Below are positions 1 to 13,986 of a DNA stretch of 64,000 bases, piece after piece. The position numbers and the translations under genes were made by a program. The notes beneath the pieces were generated by a model that ran no database searches, was not told the origin of the DNA, and was given only the letters and a program-made list of their open reading frames with translations. Position 1 is the first letter of the stretch. Each line of letters begins with the position of its first letter. The DNA is from Gnetum montanum (Eukaryota; Plantae; Gnetophyta), in NCBI GenBank assembly GCA_015680685.1, contig MNCI01000811.1, positions 36,060 through 100,059 of the forward strand. Reading direction: 5' to 3'.

Positions 1-747
1 CCTATATAAGTGCATATATCCATCATATTGATGATACCATTCAATTATTTTCTTAGCTAGACTTTACTAATTTGTTTCTATAAAAGTTTGAATTTTATCA
101 TTGAGTGCCTACAACATAGATTAAGTAGATTGTTTAGAATTTTTTTTAGTGCTTGATATACCTGAACACATTGGCATGATAGAAATTAAATCAAGATATG
201 CTCTATTCATATCAATACTCAAATCCTATTTTTAATGTCTTTACTTGTAATTAATTTAATAGTTCTCTAATTTCTTGCACTTAGTTAAACATTTTCATTT
301 CATCATACTTAGTAATTTTGCATGAATATAACTAACTTTAGGCATAAATGTATTGACATTTAGTAATCCTAGTAGTAGTACTTAGTACATCTACTTATGA
401 ATACTTTGTAACCTAATGATATTAATATATATTCAAGATATGTATAATAAGTTGAAAACAAATTCTCTATGCCTAGGATAGTTTAGATTTACTTCTTCAT
501 ACTTAGATTAATTAGACTAATATTTTAATATTTTTTAATATTTTAACAAACTTTGAACATGTATCTTAATCATACTTGATTATACAAATTGAGCCCACAG
601 AAGTGTGATTGCAAAAGCAATGATTAGTAACTTAATGCTTAACTATCTAGGACATCTAACTAATATTAGTCCATGGAATTCAACTTGATCATGTGTAAAC
701 ACATATGATCTATATGATTAGGTATAGGGTTACTTTACCACTCATCA
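1..747 (+). repeat. 5' LTR (5'-truncated by window edge) of Athila-like Ty3/gypsy element A1
   Basis: TATA-like cctatataag at 1-10. Ends ...ccactcatca at 747, directly followed by a PBS. Colinear with the LTR at 25724-26550. Confidence 0.8.
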
Positions 748-766
748 TTAGTATCATTACCAAGGA
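748..766 (+). promoter_or_regulatory. Degenerate Athila-type primer binding site (tRNA-Asp type, TGGCGCCGTTGCCGGGGA)
   Basis: ttagtatcattaccaagga differs from the Athila PBS only by C>T/G>A transitions and abuts the LTR end. Confidence 0.7.
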
Positions 767-884
767 CTTTTTGCTAGTGTTTTAGATGGTTAGGATCATT
801 CAAATATTACTATTATACCTTAACATAATTTATCATCTAAAAATAATAATATTTTATTTTAGAGTACCCTTATAAATTGAAAGA

Positions 885-3800
885 TGCCTTCTTCTCATAG
901 GATAGATACTCTAACTATTTATGATTCAACAAGAATATGGAACCACAAATAACTAGAATAATGGACCAAAATTGGATAAATATTTTCTATAAGCATATGA
1001 ATTCATCCTATCCAAATTTCATATTTATCCTTTATCAAGGTGCAAAAATGCAGTGGAGACCTAGAATGCAATATTATTTTGTCACCTAAACATGTAGTAC
1101 CATCAATGTTCATGGTAATATTAATGAAGTTGAAGCTTAAAGTAGCAGCTCTAGACTATAAGAGAGTTAATGACACTCTTAGGGATTATCATCCTCATAA
1201 GGACTAGTTCATGGAGGCTTACTATGAAGCTTCTAAAGGAAGGAAGGATCCTATTCAACTAACATCATAGTTAGAAAAGAAGAATACTAATTATCAATTA
1301 GGTAAATATCAACATCAAAATCCTCCACCCCTTAGTGGATATGAAATGAAGCATTCATGGCTACAGTTGATCTTGTTAAGTTACCAATACAAGGGAAGAA
1401 TAGAACCTAGAAGAAGGGAGAGCTTAAGGCCAAGATCATCTAACAAATAACCAAGAGAACATCAAAAGGATCACAAAATGGGAGCTAGATAATATAACTC
1501 TTTTGGTTCTTCATCCTTATCATTAAGCTTTAACAAGCATGAACATGGCCAAGATAGAAGGGAAAATGACTACATAGAAGATAAAGATAATAAAAGAAAC
1601 TATTGAAAATATGGTTGCAGAGATGCTAGGCATGAGTAGAAAGAAGAACATTGTCATGAATGAAGACATAGCAAAAAATACCAAGAGAGACATGATCATG
1701 ATAGGGATCATGAGTTTCATTATGTTTATGATGAATCGTTGCTTACTATAAGGAGTATAATCAATATTTAAGAGATAATATATATTACTATTGGACATCA
1801 ATGGAATAGTTGAATCAAATGAATAAACATGAATAACATTTCTAATTTTGAAGGAGGCTATAATGTAGATTCACAACATCATTTTCAATCCTTCAATGAT
1901 TTCTATGCCTAACAAAATATTGAGAATGAATGGAAAAATTGGGAGATCTTTCCAAAAATACTTATCAAAGAACCTAAAAGTTGGTGTTGATCCTTGAAGT
2001 TAGAATCTATCAAAAGGTGGAGTATAATGCTAGAGCTATTTAATGATAAATATCAAATGCACTCCTAAATGTCCAACTTGAGAAAGCAAATTCAAGGATG
2101 GAGACAATGTAATCTTGAGTCCCTTAATGTAGCCTTGAGTAGATAATATTCTTTTCTTTACTGATGCCTAGGCCATGGTTTTCCTCAAAAGGAGCAACTA
2201 CGTCATGTCATAGATGGACTCTAAAATAAGACAAGAAAGACTCTTGAAGTCTATGCTCAAAGAAGACTATTTGAGATGAAAGCTCATCAAATACAAAGAT
2301 TAATTCGTCAAGTAGAAAAGAAGAAAGGAGAACTTAAGAAGAAAGAGAATAGTAAGGAGTATAACAAAGATCCCACAATCTACTAAAAGAAAGTTCATCT
2401 CTATAAAACTAATGAAGAAGCACTATTAAAGGACATAGTCCAAAGAAAAATATTTCCTATCCAAAAATTAGCCACTAAAATTTTGGTAAAGATTGATAAG
2501 AGGTGGAACTTCATAGATGAAAAATTTTAAATAGTACTTAAGATCATGAATGAGAAAGCATAGTAATAAAGAACCAATGACAAAGATAAAAAGAATAAAA
2601 GAGATGTAAGAATAAAATATTACCAAAAAAATGAAAGAGAAACTACCATGAAGGACATTATAGACTCTAAATCTGATGATGATTGATGTGACATTTACTA
2701 ATAGAAATATTTAAAGAATTATTGCCCTATAATGTCACATCTTTAGGATTTTGGAATTTATGCCATAAACCCAAAATGTTTTCATGAGATAGATGCCCAG
2801 ATGGCTACTTTATCCTCAAGTAACTATAGGCAGTTCTATGAACAACCATAATTATATCCAAGTCAGGCTTCACCTAAACCTCAAAATTAATACCAATAAT
2901 GGAAAAATCCATAATTTTGGGGGATGCCACGACTAAGACAGTAGTATCACTATGGGTAATACAATCCATATAAATAATATGTTAAACAACATGTATCATA
3001 GAGTTTCTATTGCACATGCCTCTGCATATTATTACGATCTTTCGAAATATCACAAGTCTATCACTCCATGTGCTAAGTCTGCTTTCATTTACACTTCTCA
3101 TCCTCCACACCACTCTCAACATCACACCTTTACTTCTTTTTCATCTAATCCACCAATGTAAGATGTAATTCTATTGCATTCACAATAATGAAATGTCACA
3201 AGAGTAGTGAATTTGCAAATGGATGGCAGTTCAAGTGATTCCAAGTGTAAGCCTTGGAAGCACCCATTTTTTTCAAGCTAGGTAATTCACGCAAACCATC
3301 ATAGGCATTCTTGGCTATTGACACCACAAAAATAATCTCCCATATGAAATTCAAGTCACCTTCAAACAAACTCTTTCAAATATAAAAACTATCATGTAAA
3401 CTAATGCAGTTGCAAACTAAATAAAAGTAGGATATCTTTCTAGGAAAAGAGATAATTCAATAGGTCCCTTAATTTATTTGTATATCATAAGAAGTGTACT
3501 ATTTAAGGTTCTACTAGGCTTAGGTTTTAAAGTTAACATGATCTCTTAGGAGATATACAAAACATGGAACCTACCACTACTTAAGAAATGCAACATTAGA
3601 TTGGAGCCTGCATACAAATCCATCGTTATTCCTTTGGAACTAATAGAAGATATTATAACTATCATTAGTGGTTGGTCATACCTTGCTAAATTTTTTGTAC
3701 TTCATGTAGAAAATAATAAAAGAAACGTTTTTATCATTATTAAAAGAGAATGACCAAATATAATTGATGCCAAGTTGGGAATCAAAGGCATGTCCTTGAG

Positions 3801-6800
3801 AATTTTCAAGGAAAAAAAGCATGAAATTGTAGAGAATAAGAGAGTTCCATGCATCATGTATATGACATAGGATGCAACTACATGCAAAAGATATGGATTA
3901 TTGGATAAAGAATAATCATAGCATGCAAATCATGTACCAAAGTAGAGACTATCCAATAGTGCCTATAAATAGTAACCACAAAGTACAATGACATCTAGTG
4001 ATCAACTTTACATGAAAGCTACAATTCAACTATGTACATGGAACTTGAAAAAACCCTTACAACTACTTATGTTGACAAATTGGATGAGATGAAGTAATTG
4101 AAATACCAACTTTCCAAAGTTGAATGCAAATAAAAAGCATACATGGATTGTGAAGAGTTGGAGATGCTAGAAACATTTGAACCAAAACCTTTTGAACTAA
4201 AGACATTATCACTATCAATTGAGTATGTATTCCTAAAAATGAAAAATCAATAATTATGAATGTCTAGCTCATGAAAGAATAAAAGTAGAAGTTTCTAAAG
4301 ATGATGAATAAATGGTCAACATTATTTACCTAGTTATATGATGAAATAATAGGTATTGACCCATGCTTATGCCAACATCAGATCTATACACATCTAGCCA
4401 TCAATCCCAAAAGATAACCATGATGAAGGTTAAATCCTAAACATAAAAATTTGTTAAAAAGGAGGTAGAAAAGCTTCTTAAGGTTAGGTTCATCTGTGCT
4501 ATTTTGGATAGTGAGTGGATAAGCTTACTTATCATTATACCAAAGAAAGATGGTCAATGAAAAATCTACATAAATTTCTAGCAATTGAACATGGTGATAT
4601 TTAAGGATCATTTCTTACTATCGTTTGTGAATCAAGTGTTGGATACCATTATAGATCATTAGCATTACAACTTTCTAGATGACTACTATAGATATAGTCA
4701 AATACAAGTATCCCTAAAAGATTAGGTGAATACAACATTTATGAATCCTTGGGGGACTTCTACATATAAAAAGATATTCTTTTGTTTTTGTAATATACCT
4801 AAAAATTTCTAGCATCTTGTCTTTAGTATATTTTAGTAGCAAATTAGCAATGGTATTAAAGTCTTTATGGATGAATTCTCTACAAATGGATCTTATTTTG
4901 AGTAGACATTGGACTATTTAGAGTAGGTGTTGTAATCATGCATTAAAATAAATCTCAAGAATAATTAGCAAAAAAAGCCATTTAATGGTCCAAGAAGGTA
5001 TTGTTCCTAGACATCACATTTCAAAATAAGAAATATAGGTGGATCTAGAAAATATAAGGATAAATCAATGAATACATTTTCCACTATGGAAGATTTATTG
5101 ATAATTTCTCCAAAATTGTAAAACTAGTAGTGAAACTAACAAAGAATGATGAATCATTTGATTAAACTAAGAAATGTGATTATGCATTAAAAATTTTAAA
5201 ACAAAAACTTGTAGAAACTCCAATTCTAGAAGATCCTAATTGGTCCAAGCCATTTCACATCATGAAAAATGCATCTAATTTTACTTTGGGAGTAATTATT
5301 ACATAATTGGATGATAAAAATGTCCATAGGACATCCATTATGTAAGTAGGAGTATTATAATTGCATAGTTGAGTTACACCATCATAGAGAAAGAACTAAT
5401 GATCATGGTGTACATCTTAGAAAAACTCAAGTACTATGAACCTAGATATTTAGTTTATATACATACTAACCATAGTGAAATGAACTTCCTTATGAGTAAA
5501 CCAATAGTTATCCCTCATATCATATGATGGCTAGTGATTTTGCATAAGTTTGATCTTATAATGATTGACAAAAAAAAAAAAAAAACTAAGAATGTTATGA
5601 CCAATCATCTATCTTAGCTAGGAAGGGATAACATGACTGATGAAGATTATTTTTCCAATTGTTTTCTTAATAAGATTTTTTTTTGTAAAGATAACAATGA
5701 TAACAACAAATGTAGTTGCACCATGGTATGTAGACTTCCTCTCATATCTACTCACATAGAAGGTTCCTAATGAATGAGATAGAATGAAATAAAGGGTGAC
5801 CTCTATAAATCTACATAGATGGCTTAGTAAAATAGTATGTACTTGATGATGAATAACTTAGGATTTTCTAAGATGCTCATGAAGGACCTTGTGGATGCCA
5901 CTATGTAGGCAGAAAAATAGTCATTAAAATCCTCATGATAGAATATTTTTACCTAATGATCTTCAAGAATGCATATTACTTTTCCAAATCCTATGATGGA
6001 TGTTAATAAGATGATGAAATAACTACTAATCTAGAGATTTATAATAATGGATGCAACCATTAGAATTATTTTATCTTTGAGAAACTACTTTCATGGATCC
6101 CATTGCATCCATGTCTAATGGAAAATCCTACATCATTTTTGTTGTGGATTATTATACCAAATGAGTAGAATTTGTAGTCATAACTAATTACACATCAACA
6201 ATGATGATCAAGCTTTTTTAACAATAGGTGTCAATAGGTTTAGTGTACCTAGAATAACATGCTTTGATAATAGAACTCATTTTATATATGCTACTTTTAA
6301 GATGCTAATGAAATTCTTGGAAATGAAACATAAACTATCAAAACCCTATCACCCCCAAGTGAACAATCAAGTAAAGGTAATGAATACAAACATCACATGG
6401 ATCCTTACTAGAACCATTAGTAGATGTAGAAGATATTGAAGTACAAAACTCAACAATGTCTTATGAACCTACTTCTTCACTTTTAAACTCTCTATAGGCT
6501 ACTTCCTCTATGAGTTAGTGTATGATAAGATATTGAATCTTCCCATCCAAGAAAATTTATGATATTCAACATAGCTTATGAGCTTAACCTCAACATCATT
6601 ATAGCATAAAAAGAATAATTCATGAAACTTAACATGTCATATGAGGAAAGAATAATAGACCTTATAATAAATGAAGTGCATCATAAATGCATCAAACAAT
6701 AGCATGACACTAAGATCTAATGAGTGGAATTTCAACCAAGAGATAAAGTCCTTTACTAGATCCTAATATATGTACCTCAATGAACAAAATTCCAAACATT

Positions 6801-6920
6801 ATGGGAAGGACCCTACATTATCCACTCCACTTTTCATTTAAAAACTATAAGAGTCTACCATCCTAATTTCCCAAACAAGTGAATATTGGTTAACATGCAA
6901 TAACTAAAATTATTTAAGGA
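885..6920 (+). pseudogene. Decayed Athila-like gag-protease-RT-RNaseH-integrase polyprotein
   Basis: Manual translation gives gag core ~1830-2300; protease VLLGLGFKVNMI ~3508; RT GIDPCLCQH / DSEWIS..IIPKKDG / KDHFLL..FLD..Y.YSQI / VFMDEFS at 4350-4880; RH PNWSKPFHI..NASNFTLG ~5235; integrase HEGPCG.H, VDYYTK.VE, PYHPQ.N at 5880-6370; WEGPY ~6802. Many stops and frameshifts. Confidence 0.9.
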
Positions 6921-7544
6921 TTTCCATATAACCACATACTTCAATGCCACCTCTACTAATGGTCAAGCCTGTTCTATTCTTCATATCTTTCCTCTCAATC
7001 TTATTCATGGGAAAGATACTAGTCTAATATGATAGATTATGAAGATTTCTTTTCTAATTTTTGTTTTACAATGTTCTTTTAATTTTTATTTTTTTTTGAA
7101 TTTTCTTTTGTTATGAATATGCTTCTTTTTATTTGTGTTATTTTATGTTTTCAATCCTATGTTTTTGTTAATAAATTTTCTCTTTTTGTACAGAAGACCA
7201 ACTTTGCTATTTGGCTTATGTTCTATGCTATGAAGATGATTGGGTAAGTAGTTGTGTAATGAAATGAGATCATGTCATTCAACCATCTAGTTTATATGAA
7301 TAAGAGATCTTTGTCATGAAAGTAACATGATTCTTCACATCTCAAAACTAAAATTAACTCATGATCATTATGCCTTGAGAAAAGTAAAAAGGACAAAGTG
7401 GGAATGAAAAATGAGGTGATATTAAGAAGTCTTGCTAATTCTTTACACTTTCTATATGGATCTTATTACTGCATGTATTTATGTTATTAGTAATGTTTTA
7501 ATTTTGATGGAATCATGTTCTTGAATAAGTGTTTCCTTATCATG

Positions 7545-7910
7545 TTCTTAGAAAGACATGTTACCCATGCTTGAACATAATCCTATGGTAAGGAAAGCAT
7601 AGTTGCTAATTAATTAATCCATAAAAAAAGGATTATTCTTGGGGTATCACTAGAAAACATGTTACCCATGCTTGAAGGTAATCCTTTGGTAAATGACACA
7701 TAATTACTAATTGATTAATTCATAAAAATAGCATGATTTATGAGGCACCAATAGAAAGACATGTTATTTATGTCTAAGAATGAGTTACGTTTAGGAATCT
7801 CAAAGGTCTTTTAGACTAGTCTCATCATGTGACTATAAAGACATATTATCCATCTCTGAAGATACACCTCTAATGAGGATTAGCATTAGCTATGAAGCTA
7901 AAAAGACATG
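7545..7910 (+). repeat. Spaced ~30-bp repeat (gaaagacatgttacccatgcctgaaggta) in Athila 3' non-coding region, 5 units
   Basis: Units at ~7551, 7653, 7754, 7837 and 7901. A homologous array lies at 18959-19235. Confidence 0.75.
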
Positions 7911-8842
7911 CATTAGTTGGTTGCAATGTTGCATGTACCTGAATGCATCCCTATCAACACATCCTAGTTGGAAGCTAAATTACATTTGTTGCATTATATA
8001 TGCTATTGTAGTTGCTTCAATGCATTCACATTAATACATATGCATCGATGAAGCCTAAGATGCAATGTAGTCTCTATATTTGCCTATAAATATATGAGCA
8101 TCTGCCACATATGTGGCATCATTTGGCTAGTAGTGTAGCCAAACGCTTGTAATTTTCTTCTGTAATCTTACACATAATTAGTGAGTGCCTATAGCATTGA
8201 TTTAAGTCAATTGTATGGTGTCTTATTTGAGTGGTAATGTACCTAGACATATTTCATAAATTATAATAATATTAATATAATTCATATTCATTGCAATAAT
8301 TTGACTTAGAGTATATTTACTTTTAATGTAATTTATTTTATATGTACTTAGCTAATATTTATATTATCTTTCATATTAATCAATTAGTGGAATGAGTGCA
8401 ACTATTTTCAAGTATAAATACATATTCACTTGGTAATCCTAGTAGCATTATTGCTTGATTTACTAAGTAGCATAACACTTGGTATTCCTAGTAGTGGGTA
8501 CATGAGTGCATGATGTGTATGGTAAGCTAGGAATAGAGACTTATCATTCATAGGCTAACTTAGGATTTATCTTCTTAGTATTAATTAGATTAATTAAATA
8601 ATTAATTTCCATGTTTTCATCTAACTTATACATAGTTGCATAACATCAATAATCATGTGTCTCACTTTGGATTAAATCATATGTGAGAGAGCTACTACTA
8701 GTCCAAATGAGAAGATAGTGATCTATTATCAATGATTAATGATCTAGATACTAGACTAGTCCCATCTATGAAACTCAACCTGATTACACTTGAATGCTTA
8801 TGATTTATATGGTTGAGCATAGGGGACTCTTAGTACTCATCA
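7911..8842 (+). repeat. 5' LTR (5' end missing) of Athila-like element A2
   Basis: ctataaatatatgagcatct matches the LTR at 19913-20230. Ends tactcatca at 8842, followed by PBS ttggtgctgttattaaaga. Confidence 0.75.
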
Positions 8843-8976
8843 TTGGTGCTGTTATTAAAGATGATGCTAATGATCAAGCTTAGTTATATTAGAAACAATC
8901 ACTATAAAATAATTATTGATTTAACTTTTCGAAAAAAATATTATTTTAAGGCACACATACACTATCAACTACAAAA

Positions 8977-10400
8977 ATGTCTTCTTCACATTAGATCCAA
9001 AGTCCATAAAATTATGAGAATAGTTGTATGAGTAATGATAGGATTTATATTGAAGAGAATTGGGATGAAACACTATAAATAAGGATCTCATATGCATATT
9101 TTAACCCTTACTACATTCAAAACCTATGTTCAACTATCATAGATAATCCTAGAGGGGATGAAAAAAAATCATTAGAATAAGAAGAGTACTAAGGTATAGG
9201 ACCTTCAGTAAACCTAGAAGAGAGAAACTAAGGGACCATAGGGGAAGATATAATCATCTTCCCCATCAAATTTCCCATCTAATTCTAACAAAGATAAATA
9301 TATGTATGAAGATAAAGCTCCAATAAGGGATTAGAATGGAGATACAAATAGAGATCAAGGATAAGATATAAGGTACAAAATGCAGCTTAGACAAGACCAT
9401 TATAATTAGGTAAATAAACATAAAGATTATGATCATAACATGTTTGATGATGGCAAACCCTTGTTGGATACTAAAATCATGATACAAATTAGGGAGGTAG
9501 TAAGAATACCCCATAGAAATCAAAGGAAAATCTTCATCAAATGGCTTAATATGAATAACATTTTTAAAATTAATGAATACTACAATTCTAATTCACAACA
9601 TCATATGCAAGTATTCCATGATGTTTACGCCTTGAAAAATATTGAAAGTAAGTGATAAAAGATTAAGCTTTTTCCCATGATGCTAATAGAAGAAGCTAAA
9701 GGTTGGTATAAGTCATTAAAACTAGATTCAATCCATTAGTGGTCCAAAATGCTAGAGCTCTTCAATAAGAAGTACTAGAGATACTTTAGAGTGCCTAATT
9801 TGAGAAAGAAAATCCAAAGATGGAAGCAAGAGAACCATGAATCCCTTGATACAAACTTGGAGAGATACTATTCTCTATTGCATAAAGGTCCAGGTTATGA
9901 AACTTCTCAAAAAGAACAACTTTGTCACATCATAGATGGGGTTTGTAACAAAATAAGAAAGATACTTAGGATCCATACCTAAAGAAGATTATCAAAGTTG
10001 AGAGTTCATCAAATACAAAGGGTAATTAAACCTGTGACAAAAGAATAAGGAGAGCTATGTAAAAGGAAGAGCATAAAGGAATATAATTGGAATCCAACTC
10101 TTCGCAAGAAGAAGGTCCATATTTATGATTAAGAGGAAGAGGTAGCTCTTAATGATATGAATTCACATAAAACCTTTCTATTACAAAAGGTTATCACTAA
10201 GAGTGAAGAAAGTGTACATAGGATATGGAAATTGATGAATAAAAAAGTTACGACCAACTTTAAAACCATGAAGGAAAGAATAAAATAATTTGAATTAATA
10301 GACCAAGATAAGAAGAGTAAAAAGATAAAATAAAATTAAGAAGACAGACAAGAATACTTATTAGCGAATATAGAAACTTTTAGTAGTTAAAGAGGTTGTA
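8977..10400 (+). pseudogene. Decayed Athila-like gag
   Basis: IKLFPMMLIEEAKGWYKSLKLDSIH.WSKMLELFNKKY at ~9660-9775 is the retrotransposon gag core, paralogous to 1830-2300. Confidence 0.8.
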
Positions 10401-12000
10401 AACTAAAACTTGAAGAAGGATTATCAATGTAACATCTATTAATATAAACATCCAAAGGGTTTTTGCCCTATCATATCACACCTACAAGAGTCTAGGAATT
10501 ATGATTTGAAACCAAAGTTCATAGAAAATTAAATACCTAGGAGATTATCTTATCTACAAAGTAATTCTAGATAGTTCTACAACCAAAAGTACTCTCCAAG
10601 TGGGACTTAACCTCAATATTACTATCAACAACAATGGAAAAACCCATAGTCATGGGAGATGCCATCACTAAACTAGCAAGACATTTATTGTCAACTAAAC
10701 CCTTATGGATGCTATGTTCAATAGTCTATTTCTCCTAATTGTTCTACTTCTTATGTGTCAACTTACTACTACTATTCTTTTAAATAGTGTGAACCTATAA
10801 CATGTCCTATGAAATCACCATCCTATGCTTTTCATCATCTATCATATCCTTAATATTCTCATACTCTTTAACATGCATCACCATCAACAATGCAAGAAGA
10901 ATTGGAATCACAACCTGAACAACAGAATGTCACTTGTACTATCAACATAAAAGTGAATGATAATATTAGTAGCTCTAATTGTAATCCTTGAATATATTAT
11001 TTCTTTAAGATGGTTCCCACACATGTGAATAAAATACTAGACCTACTAGTTCATCAAAACCAACACAAGGCCAATATAGTGCAACTTCCTTCCTTATAAA
11101 AATTATGCCTCCTAATCCTACACAAAAGCCAAAAACCATCAACACTTCAAAACAAAACATAAAAAATAAACATGACATTAGGAAGAGACAAAAGATTCCA
11201 TACATTACTTATAATTATAAAGGATGCAGTTGTGGGCTAAAAATTTAAATTGTATAAATAATCCCTATACTAGCCTATAACAAACTTGAAAAATAAGTGT
11301 GTATGTATGTCTACATAATAGCTACTAAACCAAAAGAAATCTAGTGGCTAGAAAATAAAAGTACCAAATCATCCAAAAGATGCATGAAAACATCCAACCT
11401 ACTTATTAGCTCTTGTCCTAAGAAAATAAATCAAATAGAGAATTTTAAAAAGAACATCCTACACCCTAACTATACACTATAAGAAACTATGGAACCAGGA
11501 GACCCAAGAACAAAAACATAAAATTAAAAAGAAAACATATTTGAATCCTCTAAAAAAAATACCATCTATTCTAATTGAATATATGTCTCCAAATAATCAA
11601 AAAATTATTATCATCAATGTTAAATGGACTAATAAAAGAAAATAGAAATCACTAAAAATGATAAATGGATAACTTATGATATACAAACAAGAAAATATGT
11701 GGTTGATTTTTTGAATGCTTTTCTATGAGTTTAATCATGGGAAAGATGCCCCATTTTAAATAAATAACTAATACGTGCATTCTTACTTCTTTTTTTTACA
11801 ATTTTTTATCATTTTTCTATTTCTTACATGTTCATATTTCTTTAGAAATTTCCAATACTTAATATGTTTTCTATTTCCTATTATTTTTTATTTCTTTATA
11901 ATTTTCTATTTTCTTGAGTTATTTACTTTATGTTTTTGTTAATAATGTTGTTAGCCATGATGTAGATATCAACACCGTATGTTAGGTTTTTATTCTATGT

Positions 12001-12523
12001 TGTAACATCCCTAATCCCAAACGGTGCTACAACATAATGAAGATGGTGCCTCTTTATAACAAGTGTTATTGTTATCGTAACAAAAATAAAAAGGATGTGC
12101 GATAATTGAGACTCAAAAGGATGCACTATAATAATGGACATGTCTCTTGAGGTAACCTTTAGGGGTTTGACCTAAGGCATATGTACCTTGGCTTAGAGGT
12201 TGTGCTAGCATGGAGTGGTAGAGCCAGTAAAAGGTGAGTCACAGAAGCCAGGTGAAGTAGGATAGGAAGTTGATTGACCATTCCTTTTAGTTAGTAATAG
12301 GCCTACCTATGGTGGCAGTGTTGGATTTCCTCTAAGGGATAGATGCCAAGGGAAGAAAACTACAACTAAAACTCTAAAAGCATGATCTAGATACTCTATT
12401 TCATATCAATAAAGCATTCTTTACTTTTTCCTTTTGCATTTTTCCTATTATTTCCTTTATGCATACTTTCTAAGATAACATATATTTGACATTTTCCATG
12501 ACATCCGAGAATAGGATGTCACA
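12001..12523 (+). repeat. 5' LTR of CCR4-element copy 1
   Basis: Direct repeat of 18111-18633 (9 mismatches in the first 60 bp by eye). Terminal inverted repeat tgtaacatcc/ggatgtcaca. aataaa at ~12409. Confidence 0.93.
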
Positions 12524-12525
12524 AT

Positions 12526-12537
12526 TGGTATCAGATC
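12526..12537 (+). promoter_or_regulatory. PBS complementary to tRNA-iMet
   Basis: tggtatcagatc, 2 nt after the LTR end (canonical TGGTATCAGAGC). Confidence 0.9.
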
Positions 12538-13218
12538 AAACCATGACCTAAGGACCATTCAGAACCATGGGCTAACTACAACGTAAACCTAATGATAAGC
12601 CATTAAGCCACAACATAGGGAAAGTCATTGATCATCATTGGATGTATCATATGTCTAAGCTATAAGCTAAAATATACCTTTTCATTGATTTTATGAAAAA
12701 TGGATTAGACATCTATAAAAGACATATATGCCACCAACCAACAAAATTCTTTCATGGATATCGTTGATTGATGAAAATCTGATTGCGCTTCATCAAGATT
12801 CATTAATTACAAGAGATGTTGGTAAGGCATGGATACACTAGTCTAGGTAACTCTTATCCATCTAAATACTATAAATATTAATTGATTAAGATCATTATTA
12901 AGTATTTCCCAAAAAGTTAGTAACCATGATCTAAATTGATCTTGTTTTGTTGAAAGTTCTTAACCCTTGTAACTTAGCATTATTCACCATACCAAGACCT
13001 AGGTATTGATAAGAAAAAGAAGTTAACACATTCATAAGATTTTCTAATCTCCATAGCGAAACCAATAATTGGTAAATGATGTTGTTATAATCTTCTCCTT
13101 AATACCTCATTAGGGTATAACCCTAATATGAAAAGGTATAATTATCATAGTTGTTAAATTATAAGGTATAAATTATAATCAATTCCAAGTAATCTAGAAG
13201 ATCTCAAGTTATCCATAT

Positions 13219-13986
13219 TTATGGGACGCGATATCGCATGGGCCGTGATATCGCGTACGTGATATCACGGTCCACTGCAAAATCTAAGAATAAGAGGCAA
13301 CTCTCCCTTGTTTCTAAGTTTAGGCCTAAACCATAGCGAAACTTTGGCACTTTTACCTCTCCAGAGATAGAATAATTTCCATGTGCCTACAGTAGGAGGT
13401 CCAAAGTGAAAGGATCTTTATTTGAGCAAATATTGTACCTGAAGACAAGTTTGTGTACGGAAATAAAGACGAACTTCCTGGATAAACCTTGCAGTACATG
13501 GAATAGGCTAAATAGGATTTTAATTATTGTTATTTATTAGTTATCATTTAAATGCTTTATTAGTTAATTAAATCTCTCTCAACCCTTCTCCCATAGTTAA
13601 GTGCATTCAGTACAAACGCTTTGAACACGTGCGTTATGCTTGGTGATCCTAGTAACGAATAAGGTTTGGTAACCAAGGTTGCATTGGTTTAGGGTGTGAA
13701 TGTCAAGTGGGAATGGATGCTGATGCTAGGTTAATTAAGGCTTAGTTAGTTAGTTAAAGCTAGTTAATTAGTCTCTTCACCCTTCACCTCATTAGCATAG
13801 GAGATAAAACATAAAAGACATAAAAATCACATACCTTAGACTTACTTAGCCATACAACCATGACCAATGATTAACCTTAAGTGTTCCATAAGGTGTGTAG
13901 GCACTTAGTTTGTGGAGTTCAACCATATCGCGCATGTAACGCTCATATTCGTATGGTTGAGTGTAGGGGTACCTCGCCACTCATCA
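13219..13986 (+). mobile_element. Younger CpG-rich solo LTR (Athila-related) nested in CCR4-element copy 1
   Basis: Flanked by TSD catat (13214-13218 and 13987-13991). Termini ttatggg...ccactcatca. Absent from copy 2 at ~59840. Shares cttggt.atcctagta and the 3' end with the A1/A2 LTRs. Confidence 0.8.

Noticed and set aside
7545-7910. CRISPR-like repeat/spacer appearance (also 40350-41095 and 21190-21895)
   Set aside because: Eukaryotic TE context, degenerate repeats, spacers related to each other, and no cas genes.
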